The notes under the pieces are model-generated. The model had not been told where the DNA came from. It saw only the letters and a program-made list of their open reading frames with translations, and did no database searches. The position numbers and the translations under genes are program-made. From contig JAUFOQ010000010.1 in the NCBI GenBank assembly GCA_040285855.1, forward strand, positions 1,984,001 to 2,048,000: a stretch of DNA of 64,000 nucleotides. The letters run 5' to 3'. Positions 28,621-38,968 of the stretch are shown one piece after another (the stretch's first letter is position 1; each line of letters starts with the position of its first letter). The DNA comes from Eukaryota sp. GEM-RC1 (taxonomy: Eukaryota).

Positions 28621-29519
28621 CAGAAGATGACTATGAATGTTGTGTAAACTAAGTACTGTAGATTTATAGCATAATGTTACTAATTTGATATTCTGTTAAC
28701 TGAAACATGCATTATTCGAGGCATATGATCACTTTAATAGACAAAATGCACTTTCGGGAAAAAATACAAAAACAGACTTTAAAGTTTAAACCCAAATAAA
28801 AAGTACAGAAGAATACAACAAACTGTATTATCCAACTATGTCTCAAAACCTGAACATGAAAAGCTGAAGGAGATGACAGACACCGAAGGAACTTCTAATG
28901 AGGCTGTTATTGTCTATCAGGATTCGGAGTGATTAGTTGAAGAGATTGATGTTGAATGATCGACTGATCACAGATCTCCCGTGTGTGCAGAACATATGAG
29001 AAAAACAAAATATAGGCTACAGTACCCACCACTGGTGAATTGTTAATAGTAGTTTTGTTTTTGTGTGTAGTTTGGGGTGAGTTATAAAAGTGCTTAATAA
29101 CCGTATTTGCATTTCATAAACGGTTATCACAAATGCCCTGTGCTATAACACGTGATGGTATTTTATCACATTTTCTTATTGTGAATGTGTGATAACGTAT
29201 CATCACAAATGGTACAGTAGTTGTTTGTTATCAATAGCTCGGTACAAACGATACGATTCAACCACAACATTTGATCTAACTGATCTGCAGCTTCCTTTTG
29301 TCTACGTGTTTTTCACAAATCTAAACATTGATATCCCAATTGAAATTTTCAATACAAATTATCATAAACAAACGATCGAAAATTGATACATCAAAGCACA
29401 TGATTCGTATTCAACATGTATTACTTTTTGTTTGGCTTCTTTTTCTTATCCTGATTGGATAAAACACAAAAAAAACTGATTGGATTATCCCACAAATTAT
29501 TGGTTCAAGAAAACATGCA

Positions 29520-30147
29520 TTAGGAAAACCTCAGCTAACTTTGATACTCATCCTTCGGTGTCTGTATTATCGCCTAGTGGAAGGTAATATGTTAGCTTTG
29601 CGGTCATGGACCCTTTGTAGGAAGTACCCAACGGATGAGGCAACATCTGTTTGCTCTTCCTGGGATCAAAACTTGTAAAAAAACCTCCAGCCGATCTGGT
29701 GCCTCTTTCTCGAAAACGCTTAACGGTGACTGACTGCATTCCTAATACTGCTCCTGCTGAGACGGCTCCTGCCAAAAGGGAACACTCGAACACGCTTTTG
29801 ACGTCAGGAATAAAGCCATACTTGACGCAAAAATCTCTACCTTCTTTTATCCACATGGTATACCTTTCAATGTTGCTAGATCAGTTGAATACCGTGAAAT
29901 GGTCGTTTTAGATGGACTTGAGGACGATCTATATTAGAGTAGAATGAGTGCTCATGCACTCTGTTTGATATGCTTGAAGTTTATAGTTTCTGGTGAGTTT
30001 CTATGACAATAAACACTACGTAACACTGTAAAAGTATGAGGTTCTAATGGACGTTTCGGAAACGTTTTCCACGTTTGCAATCCGTTTCCAAATGCAAATT
30101 CCACGTTTCGTGTAACACTAATTTAGGAAAACCCCAGCTAACTTTGA
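29520..30147 (+). repeat. 25-bp direct repeat pair (29520-29544 and 30123-30147)
   Basis: TTAGGAAAACCTCAGCTAACTTTGA vs TTAGGAAAACCCCAGCTAACTTTGA, one mismatch. Confidence 0.9.
29545..30120 (+). mobile_element. Truncated hAT derivative with one TIR
   Basis: BED finger remnant C*LCGHGPFVGSTQRMRQHLFALPGIKTC and the motif FFYPHGIPFNVARSVEYREMV. It ends CACGTTTCGTGTAACACTA, the same TIR family as the 24044-24544 MITE. Confidence 0.75.
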
Positions 30148-30290
30148 AGGGACCATTCTTTCTCACTACTGTGGATTTCATTTCAAATGCATAATTCTAC
30201 AGTCACACCTATATGCACTATCACCACAGTTTGACACATTGTGCCACTCATTTGCAAGCCTTTTAGGACGAGCTAACTTATAAGATTCAG
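30123..30290 (-). ncRNA. Putative Fanzor omegaRNA scaffold
   Basis: Non-coding stretch directly 3' of the Fanzor stop, with nested stems ACTGTGG (30168-74)/CCACAGT (30224-30) and TGCATA (30188-93)/TATGCA (30212-17). Boundaries are inferred. Confidence 0.5.
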
Positions 30291-32311
30291 GATTCCGGTT
30301 CTTCATTCTCTACTTGTGAGTCTTTGGGTACATCTTTCTGGGCCTTACTTGGGCAATTATTTCTATCATGTCCTGGTTGTCTACATATCGTACATGTACG
30401 AGGACTTTTAGGAGGCACAGGTCTTTGAGGACACTTTGCCGTTGTATGGCCTTCCATATGACAAAACTGACACTTACTCACACTCTTCTTCTTGGGAACC
30501 TGATCTGTAATCCCACCATCCTCGATAGTTATTGTTTGAGATTTTGGTCTCTCCAGGACAGCAGGTCTACCTTGACCTTGGATAATTCCATTTACAATGT
30601 TATAAATGTTAATAGCAGAGTTGAAGTCTCTATTCCAGAGGACATGACATTTAGCACACTGAACTAAGCCCCATGGTGAGACTTTGTTGCTCTGCAACCT
30701 TGCTTTCATGAATGGCAACTGTTTGGTCCATTCATCTTCAAAATTACGTTTCACAACATTGTCTAATTGATTGTGTTCCATAATTTCTTTTTTCAATTTC
30801 TTCTCCTCCTTCTGTAACTTCTTCTTCCACAGAGGATCAATGACTTTGACAAAGTCAGGATTGGAACAGATACCTTCCTGGTTTTCAGCAGCACAAGCAG
30901 AGCAACATTTGCTTGTCATAAATTCATCAACTAAGAAAACTTTAAATCCAAATTTTCTTAGCAAGTTTCGAAGAGTAGCGCCTTTTACTGTACTTGCCTT
31001 ACCCCTTCTTCTTCGGAATTGAGTGTCAGTCCAATCCCCAAAACCAACAACGACTTCATCTGGATCACCATATTGGAGAGCTAATCTGTGGACCAAGTTT
31101 TGTTCACTTCGTTCCTTTCTTGAATATTGGGTAAGGCGTCTACGTCTAAAAAATTTGTCTTCATAAAGGCCTTCTGTTGTAGCAGGTATTTGTTGAGTTG
31201 GTCCTTTCTTAGGTAGTTTCTTTGATGATCCTTTCTTAGATAGATTCTTTGATGGTCCTTTCTTTTGATGTAATCCTTCAGCAGTTGCTTTTCCAGTTGT
31301 GGTTGATCTCATTAATGCACAGAAAACTTCATTGTTAACAATGTATCTTGAAAATTCTTCCAATTTACATGATTTTCTTCTTGGAGTATCAGAACTGTAG
31401 GAATCCAGTATTTTCTGACCATTCGACACACTCTTCTCAAACTCAGTTGAGTACCTCTGTAAACGTTCACTTTCGGTCAATTCGACAATTCCTCTGTACG
31501 CTTTCTTTCAAGTTTTTTGAAATTTCGTTTTTTCTTTCGTTCTTTTTTAGCTTTTTTCTTTTATTCTTTCTTTGTCAATTTTTTTGGTACTGTAATGATT
31601 GATTTTTTTCTTGGTTTCCATTTAGATTTGTTAATATCTGCCTTCCTCTCCTCAGCAGTGTATCGGAACACCTTCCATTTGTCACGCCTTTTCCACTTTA
31701 CAGGTTGTGGGTTAGTGTTTTGCTTCCAATCATTTAATTGATTTTTCATTTTTTCAAACTTCCCCTTTTCTTAGAAGACAATGGAGCAATCTTTCTCTTT
31801 CTAACTTGGGTAACTGGCTTGGGCTCAATTTCCTTCTCACCTGAGGAATCATCCTTCTCAACTGACGAATCAATAGATTGTTCATTGGAAGTAAGATCAA
31901 TTTCTGTGACATAAGCATTGGCCATTCCATTTTCTATCAATTGTTTTGTTTCATCAACTTCAAATTTCTCACACGCCTCTTCCTCATCAGTTTTTAAACT
32001 TGCACAATACATGAGATCATGTTGGTTGGGATCAACAGCAACAATTCTCTTAGATTTTAAATTCAGTTTTTCAATTTCATCTTCACCTAAGGAATCAATA
32101 TATCGTTCATTTGAAGCAAGATTAACTGCTGTAACATTTTCACGGGCATTTCCATTTTCATCAAGTAAATCTTTCCTCATCATTAACAAACTACAACTTA
32201 AACCGTCTGACGAAATTGAAGTGTATTTAAAGTCATAGGATAATGACTCTGGAATAGCCTGAGGTTTTAATACTGAATTCCAAATAAGTTTCCGTACTTC
32301 ATTATAAGTTA
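30287..32311 (-). CDS. Fanzor1 (TnpB-like) C-terminal half: RuvC I-III, zinc finger, two CCHC knuckles (interrupted frames)
   Basis: SISSDGLSCSL, RuvC-I IVAVDPN, FRYT..ER, VVVGFGDW, RuvC-II LVDEFMTSKCCSAC, CAKC and RuvC-III WNRDFNSAINI. Frameshifts near 31760 and 31482, and an in-frame TAA at 31561. Confidence 0.92.
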
Positions 32312-34393
32312 GGGAAATCGTCAATTTACATCACATAAGTAAATAACAATTCATTTAACATCAATACTCTTTTACTAATGACTACAACTAATACAACTCT
32401 TCAACAAGGTCATTCTTATACAAACATCCAACACTTGCAGCATGATGTTTACTCTTGGTTCCTTTCGAGTGATAAAAGCTTCGACATAACTCAGAAAAAC
32501 CAGAACCGTTGGGATATACGATGTGGCTCCTCTACACCTTGTCCCTGTTACATCCACTGTTTTCAGTACACAGACACCCACGAATGGGAAATAAGAAAGT
32601 TTGTCGATCACATTGCTTCCTGCCAATCCTTATGTTTTACGACCTTGCCTAAACAAATCTGTGCCATTTTAATGGCAGAAGAAGTAAGAGGTGGAAAGAT
32701 TACCAGTCCATCTGTATTTGCTAGGAAGCTGAAAACCAAGTACTTTATTGATATAAGTCCGAGTAAAGCCTGTCGAGCTCTAGAGGCCACTAACGAACTA
32801 CTTTATGGTTCTTTAGATACCTCATACACCTTTCTGGAACCCTTTTTCCAAAGTCTCAACTCCACTAATCCCGACTCTCCTTTTAAGCTGAATGTTGCAC
32901 CTGATGGCACATTTGAGCGCTTTTTCTTTACTTTTCAACCTCTTGTGAAAGGATTTGAGTTTTTAAGGCCTGTTATCGTGATAGATGGAACTCATCTGAG
33001 GTCGAAATACAAGGGAACATTGTTGGCTGCTGCTGGCATTGATGCCAACGGACATTTCTTTCCTATAGCTTTTGAAATTACTCGAACGGAAAATGTAATA
33101 AATTGGAGAAGCTTTTTGGAGAATTTGAATGACAATTTTGCAATCAACGACAAAACAGTATTTATTAGTGACAGAAATCCAGCCATATCCCGTACGCTGG
33201 TCGAAGTTTTTGGTGAAGAAACCTACCACTCTGTGTGCTGTAAACATCTCAGTGACAATCTCTCGTCCAGAGGTGGAAAGAAAGCAATGAAATTGTTTTG
33301 GAAATGTGCAAGAGCGAGTACGTTAAACGAATTTGACCGCTATTGGCAGCTCCTTCAAATCCAGTGCCCAGTGGGTTATACTTATTTGGAAGAGTCAGCT
33401 CCGAAAGAATCTTGGTCGACAGTACACTTTGAAGGGAATAGATATGGACAACTCACCTCCAATATCATTGAATCCTTAAATGCATGGCTTCTTCCAGTTC
33501 GCTCTTTGCCAGTGACTTCAATGGTTAACGGTATCTTTGAAGCAATGACTCATTTGTTCAGAAGAAGAAAAGATGAATCAATGAAGATGCATGGAGAATT
33601 CGTTGATGATGTTGAAGAGTATTTGTTGCCGTCGATATTGAGAGCTCGCAGTTTAGAAGTAACCACGTTCTCAGACAATTTGTATTCCGTGAGAGAAAAC
33701 GAATTGGTGTTTTCTGTGGATCTGAAGTACAAAACGTGCAGTTGCGGATTCTGGAAACAACATGATGTGCCATGTATTCACGTAATGTCAGTTTCGAGAC
33801 GTGTTAGAATTCACCCCAGATCTTTAGTGTCTCCCTATTATTTAGTTACTAATTTTAAGAAGACGTATGATGGCGAATTTTATCCAATCGACTATAGAAG
33901 GAATATCGAAGAACTAGAAAGTGATGTGTTTCCTCCTTTAGATACAGTAATGCCAGGTCGTCCGCCAATTTCACGTAAGGACAAGTACTCACGTACTAAA
34001 CGCTTTAATCAAAAGAGATTCGATGAGAAGGATGCGAGTAGCGACAGTGAAGAAGTAGAACCTGACGCAGCAGCAACGGAAGAGAATCAGGAAGCAATGC
34101 CTCTCTCCCCACGTAGATGTGGTCATTGTAGAATTATTGGGCACGACAGAAGAAACTGCCCAGAGTGGATTGTGTTGCAGCAAGGTGCCAGCAGTATGAT
34201 ACCAACAGTAGTAGATGGTTCAGCACCAAGACCACGACAACGTAAGTGTAGAAATTGTGACCAAGTTGGTCATGACAGGAGAAACTGTCCAACGAAATAG
34301 GTTTTATGAGTTGAAACAATGATTGCAAAATAAAGTAATATTAGATGAAAAATGCAATTAATGTATATTAGTGATGAAATCTGCATAAATCCC
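32312..34393 (+). mobile_element. Compact autonomous MULE (MULE 2) inserted antisense inside Fanzor
   Basis: Degenerate 23-bp TIRs GGGAAATCGTCAATTTACATCAC / GGGATTTATGCAGATTTCATCAC (15/23). Flanks TTATAAGTTA (32302-11) and TTATAGTTA (34394-402). Confidence 0.88.
32378..34300 (+). CDS. MuDR/MULE transposase with SWIM and two CCHC knuckles, intact 640 aa
   Basis: VIDGTHL, FISDR, CCKHL, SNIIESLN, SWIM CSCGFWKQHDVPCIH, CGHCRIIGHDRRNC and CRNCDQVGHDRRNC. Confidence 0.95.
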   Translation: MTTTNTTLQQGHSYTNIQHLQHDVYSWFLSSDKSFDITQKNQNRWDIRCGSSTPCPCYIHCFQYTDTHEWEIRKFVDHIASCQSLCFTTLPKQICAILMAEEVRGGKITSPSVFARKLKTKYFIDISPSKACRALEATNELLYGSLDTSYTFLEPFFQSLNSTNPDSPFKLNVAPDGTFERFFFTFQPLVKGFEFLRPVIVIDGTHLRSKYKGTLLAAAGIDANGHFFPIAFEITRTENVINWRSFLENLNDNFAINDKTVFISDRNPAISRTLVEVFGEETYHSVCCKHLSDNLSSRGGKKAMKLFWKCARASTLNEFDRYWQLLQIQCPVGYTYLEESAPKESWSTVHFEGNRYGQLTSNIIESLNAWLLPVRSLPVTSMVNGIFEAMTHLFRRRKDESMKMHGEFVDDVEEYLLPSILRARSLEVTTFSDNLYSVRENELVFSVDLKYKTCSCGFWKQHDVPCIHVMSVSRRVRIHPRSLVSPYYLVTNFKKTYDGEFYPIDYRRNIEELESDVFPPLDTVMPGRPPISRKDKYSRTKRFNQKRFDEKDASSDSEEVEPDAAATEENQEAMPLSPRRCGHCRIIGHDRRNCPEWIVLQQGASSMIPTVVDGSAPRPRQRKCRNCDQVGHDRRNCPTK

Positions 34394-36120
34394 TTATAGT
34401 TATAGGGAAGATCCCTACAAACTATTTCGTGAAACCATTGCGTATCGAACCTGATATCATTTGGAATTAAAGATTTAGACAATGGGAAAGGATTGTTTGC
34501 TCTTACACCAGGACAATAGTCTTCAATGAGACGGTTCAAATACAGTGCATGACTTAAAAAGTATAACGGATCACTCTTTTCGGCATAGTAGATCGTTTTC
34601 TCCATCTTTCCTTCAAAATAATTAAACAAATAATTGAAGAATAATAAACTCAAGTGAGATTCCGGATTGGTAAAAACTTGCTTGTCATCAAAATTAATTT
34701 TGGATATTTCACCATTAATGATCAATTCTCTAACTTCATTAATCCTTTGACAGAGTTCTTGTCGTTCAGTTTTGTCAGTAAGAGCTTCCATTCTCTCTTT
34801 CTTTTGAGTAACCAAATTAAAGACTTGAAAAACATACTCATGAAAGTGTTGGCTCATGTTGTTCTTATAATTGGTAATAATTTCGGTTGCAACGTAACCG
34901 AGAGGATTAGACAAATATAGTCCACTTGGAAACACGATCCTATCTTTACCAACCATTTCACCAGCAGTTTCTAACAGAGGGATGTAGTTTGATAGGAAGT
35001 GTTGGGCGAACTCCTTCTTTGTAGTTGTTGTTTTTACATTAGAAATGATGTTTTTTAAAGAGTTTTCCACAGTTTTAATATGATCAGTACTGTTGAAAAA
35101 TTGGTGATTTGGAATCCACATCATGGCCAACAGTTGTCCCATTGGACCCAACTTAAAGTAAGCTCCCCAGTCTGGTAATGCAAGTTTGGTAGTTTGAATT
35201 TTAGTAAAAAGGTCAAGTTCAGGTTCACCAGTTTCATTTTCATCACCGTCTTCTTCTAAAATTTGGCTGTCTTCTTCTGAAATTTCGGATTCAATTGTAC
35301 GATCCAAACCAAAATCAGGGTCTGAAGTCACAGGCAATTCAGTTTCTTCTTCTAATTGTTGAGGCACAAACTCTTCACTTAAAATTTCTGTTTGTTCAGT
35401 GTCTGAAACTTCAGTGTCTGTTTCAATTTCTTCTTTAACAGTGAAAATGTAGTCAGATGGAGGTAGTATCTCTTTGACCTTGTCGAAAATTAGAGAGTTG
35501 TGAAACTTAGTAACGAAAAAATGTTTCAACATATGTGTACCACGAACTCTGACTTGATGAGCTCTCTTAGCACAAGATTCCATCCAATTCGCTTTAGTCT
35601 TTGATACAACATTATCTAATCGTTTCTTCACCGCCTTCATTGGTGGTGGTTCTCTTAATTGTTGCTTCTTTTCATCGAGAAGATCAAATAAAAGGTATTG
35701 TATCAGAAACAACTTATTGATTGAGTTCAATAACAAAGTGGCTCTCGAAGTGGCTCTCGAAGTTTTAGATTCCCAAACTTCATTAAATTTTGTTAATTCT
35801 GCTAACAATCGAATCTCCATAACAGCCTTGGGTTTTAGTTTCACAGATGGCGCTTTGTTTTGACGTTCATCAGTTTTAACCTTAATTTCTTCATCTGACA
35901 CTAGAGGATTGTTTAAAGAATGAAATATTCTCTTAAGGAAGATATTTTCCTTGTCAAAACTTTCAAATGTTCTTGAATGATTATTCATGTCCATCATAAT
36001 TGTTGTCACGTTTTCCAAAAACCGACCTCTTCTAAAGACATACAACTTCTTCAATACTGAATTCAAGTCAAGGGAATAAAAGGACCAATTTCCGTTGGTT
36101 TGCACCATCTTTGGAACCAA
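34394..36120 (-). CDS. Fanzor1 N-terminal half (WED/REC, from about 35640) plus upstream linker
   Basis: Fanzor1-like motifs LSNPLGYVATEIITNYKNNMSQHFHEYV, DPLYFL..LYLN..IE and NPFPL...IP..IRFDT. Joins in frame to the C-terminal half once MULE 2 is removed. Confidence 0.8.
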
Positions 36121-38620
36121 GATGGAAGAGAAGAAATGTAATCATCAATTGTATAATCAATGTCAATTTCTAATTTTTTACGTGATACAAAAAACGGAAA
36201 AGTATCTAAATGCCAATCATAACTTATTAACAAACTGGGCTTGTTAAGATTTAAAAATGTAATGAAATTTGTTAACATTGATTTTTCAGTTTTAAACATG
36301 TGAACTACACAATTAGGAAGTGAAATTTCTGAAACATTATGGGTGAATAGGTGAGTTTCATTTGCAAATTTATCATGGGTAAACTGAAGAGAGATTGACA
36401 CAATCGGATCTAAATCAGGATCACCCTGAATTTCAAAAGTAGTATCCTGAATTTGTGGAATACCTTCTGAAGTTGATTCAATCTCTTCGTCTACTTCTGG
36501 CTCCTGTTTAACTCGAACGACTTTAAGATTCAAGCGTTCAGGATCTGAGATCACACTTTTTATCTCAATTAAGCAGAACTTTTGTGGTTGTTTGGGTTCT
36601 TGTTCTGTAATTGATGGTTTAGGAGTTGGAGACGTAGGAACGGGTTCAGATACGGTGGTCACAGAAATGTTAGTTTGAGGAGTGATACCAGTTGATACAA
36701 GGGAGTTGGTTGTTCTGGATTCCTTTTGTTTAATTTGAGGTGAACCTCTTGGTGATGCAAGTTTGGGTTTACTTTTTTTGGTGCTTAAACCAGTGGATGC
36801 TTTAGTGCTAGCTAGACGCAAACCTGTGAGAAACGCAGGAACAGGTTTTGATACAGTCGGTGGCAATAAGCTAATGGCAGAAACTTTAGTTTGAGGAGTG
36901 GCACCGGTTGAAACACTTGAACTGGACAAACGTTTTGGAGGGACGGCTGGCATTTTTGGCACATGCGACAAATCAACAGGACTAAAAGTTTCAAAATGTT
37001 CCAAAATTTTACTTCGAGACTCATGAACATCAATAGTGGTGCTACACAGCAGTTCTTTAACATCAGTCCACCTTATGACCACATATTGATCTAAATTCAT
37101 TAAAAGTTCAATGTATTCGAGAACACAAAAACCAGAGTCAGTTAGAGTATGTTTGATATTTGATGGAATAAATTCTATATTTCTGGTTCCACAGATTGAC
37201 AACACTGAATAAATTTGTGACACAATTGAAAATAAATTGAAAGAAGTTGGTGCAACTGGCGTTTGGTTAGCAGGAAATTCTCTGGCATAATCATCCTCAA
37301 CGTAGGTCGGATCAATGAATAAAATATGACTTGTATGAGATGAAATGATCAGAATAATTAAACCCCAGTGACGACCATCAGCAGTAACATCACACATTGC
37401 ACTATTGACAGGAACAAGTAGCATTTGTTGGTTTTTGTTTTGACCACATTGGAAGAATTTCTGCGTCAAAAAATCTGAAAATGGATATTTATCATAGTAT
37501 TGGTCACCATATAATAACGGATATAAATCAGTTGGCCTAATTACATAGTCATAAAAGATTAAACCTTTTGATTCCACAAGTATTTTGGAATATTTGATGA
37601 ACAATTGATCGTCAACACAAGTAAACAATTTCTGAATCTGTTTACGGAGATCTGCAGCATTAAGTTCATTGTTAACTTCACACAACCTTTTTCAAAAAAA
37701 ATCAGTCGATAGATTAGACAAACTTTCATGTGTTGTAAGAATTTGTAAGTACTTTTGAACATATGCAATGACATAAGTTCCACAATCACTTGGAGTCTGA
37801 GATTTCGGGACGTTTGCATAACGTATCGTGAAACTTGGCATTTTTTCTCTGAATTTATCAACAATGGGGTTCAAAAAGTTGGAGTTCAGTATTGGATCAA
37901 TAACTGTTGCAACATTTATAGAATAACACCCCAATGAGATCCTGAAAATGTGCGTGACGCAGACAGGGCAGTCATACCGTCATTGATAGGAGCAATGAGG
38001 AATCGAGTACCGGTGGTTTTAGCAGTAAGAATTTGACGATCTACAGTTTGTTTATGTTCAGGTGAAAGATCAGTAATTAATCCATTCATCACACTAGAGG
38101 GGATACTGTATAGATCAAATGCTAGTCTAGCAGAGTTAAAAAGGTACTGACAATATTGAAAGATAGCATCGTCATCTATCCATTGGCCAGGATTCAGATA
38201 CTCTAGGGAGTCTTTGGACAACGGTCCGGGATTGGATTCCACGTCACCATCCATGGTTAAGTCTTCTTTGAATGGGGGACGGGAGGAGAAAACTATACGT
38301 AATATGAGACACAAAGCAGAAATAGATGATGAAACAACACAAAGGATCATCTGAGGAATATTACGAGACGAAGTCGAGGGTATGATGGAAAGCACATGAA
38401 CACAATTCACATGGGCTGTTTCACTAGCGGAAACGAAAATAATTCTCCAACATCTCATTATACTACCTTGTTCTTGAGGAGCGTGTGAGAGTGAAGTAGT
38501 AAGGCGGCAGCATGCGGAAGAGTAACTCCAACATCTCATTATACTACCTTGTTCTTGAGGAGCGTGTGAGAGTGAAGTAGTAAGGCGGCAGCATGCGGAA
38601 GAGTAACTCCAACATCTCAT
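36040..38620 (-). CDS. Polyprotein N-terminal region: 2A peptide, two Ulp1/C48-like protease domains, S/T/P/K linker, PolB-type 3'-5' exonuclease-like domain
   Basis: DLTMDGDVESNPGP; LNPGQWIDDDAI...PIND...GSHWGV...VIDP...QTPSDCGTYV; a second domain PVNS...HWGLII...IDP...TDSGFCV; and DPIVSISL...EKSMLTNFITFL...PSLLISYD...FPFFVSR...(P)LDL. Two frameshifts and one in-frame TGA (37692). Confidence 0.7.
38222..38245 (-). other. 2A (StopGo) ribosomal skipping motif DVESNPG|P
   Basis: Exact match to D(V/I)ExNPGP, in frame directly before the first protease domain. Confidence 0.85.
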
Positions 38621-38816
38621 TATACTACCTTGGTCTTGAGGAGCGTGTGAGGAGTGAAGTAGTAAGGCGGCAGCATGCGGAAGAGTAACTCCAACATCTC
38701 ATTATACTACCTTGGTCTTGAGGAGCGTGTGAGAGTGAAGTAGTAAGGCGGCAGCATGCGGAAGAGTAACTCCAACATCTCATTATACTACCTTGGTCTT
38801 GAGGAGCGTGTGAGAG
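38445..38816. repeat. 81-bp tandem repeat, about 4.6 copies
   Basis: Units start at 38445, 38526, 38607, 38689 and 38770; near-identical, no spacers. Confidence 0.95.
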
Positions 38817-38968
38817 AATTGATGTCGACATTGAAAGTAAATGATTGTTTGACAAAGATTTCTTCCATCTATAGTAGGATATCTTACAAGTCAGTTACAT
38901 TTCATATAATTCCAAACGTAAGAGCTACTAGCTATCTCCTACTTACTAGCTACTAATTTTGATAGTTT

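Noticed and set aside
32378..34300. MULE transposase as the cognate mobiliser of the Fanzor
   Set aside because: It has its own termini and target duplication inside the Fanzor coding sequence, so it is a secondary insertion.
31561..37694. Alternative genetic code suggested by in-frame TAA (31561) and TGA (37692) in the polyprotein
   Set aside because: Host genes have long stop-free ORFs and end in TAA, TAG or TGA, so isolated nonsense mutations are simpler.
38445..38816. 81-bp repeats near a Cas12/TnpB-like nuclease as a CRISPR array
   Set aside because: The units are contiguous and near-identical with no unique spacers, so this is a plain tandem repeat.
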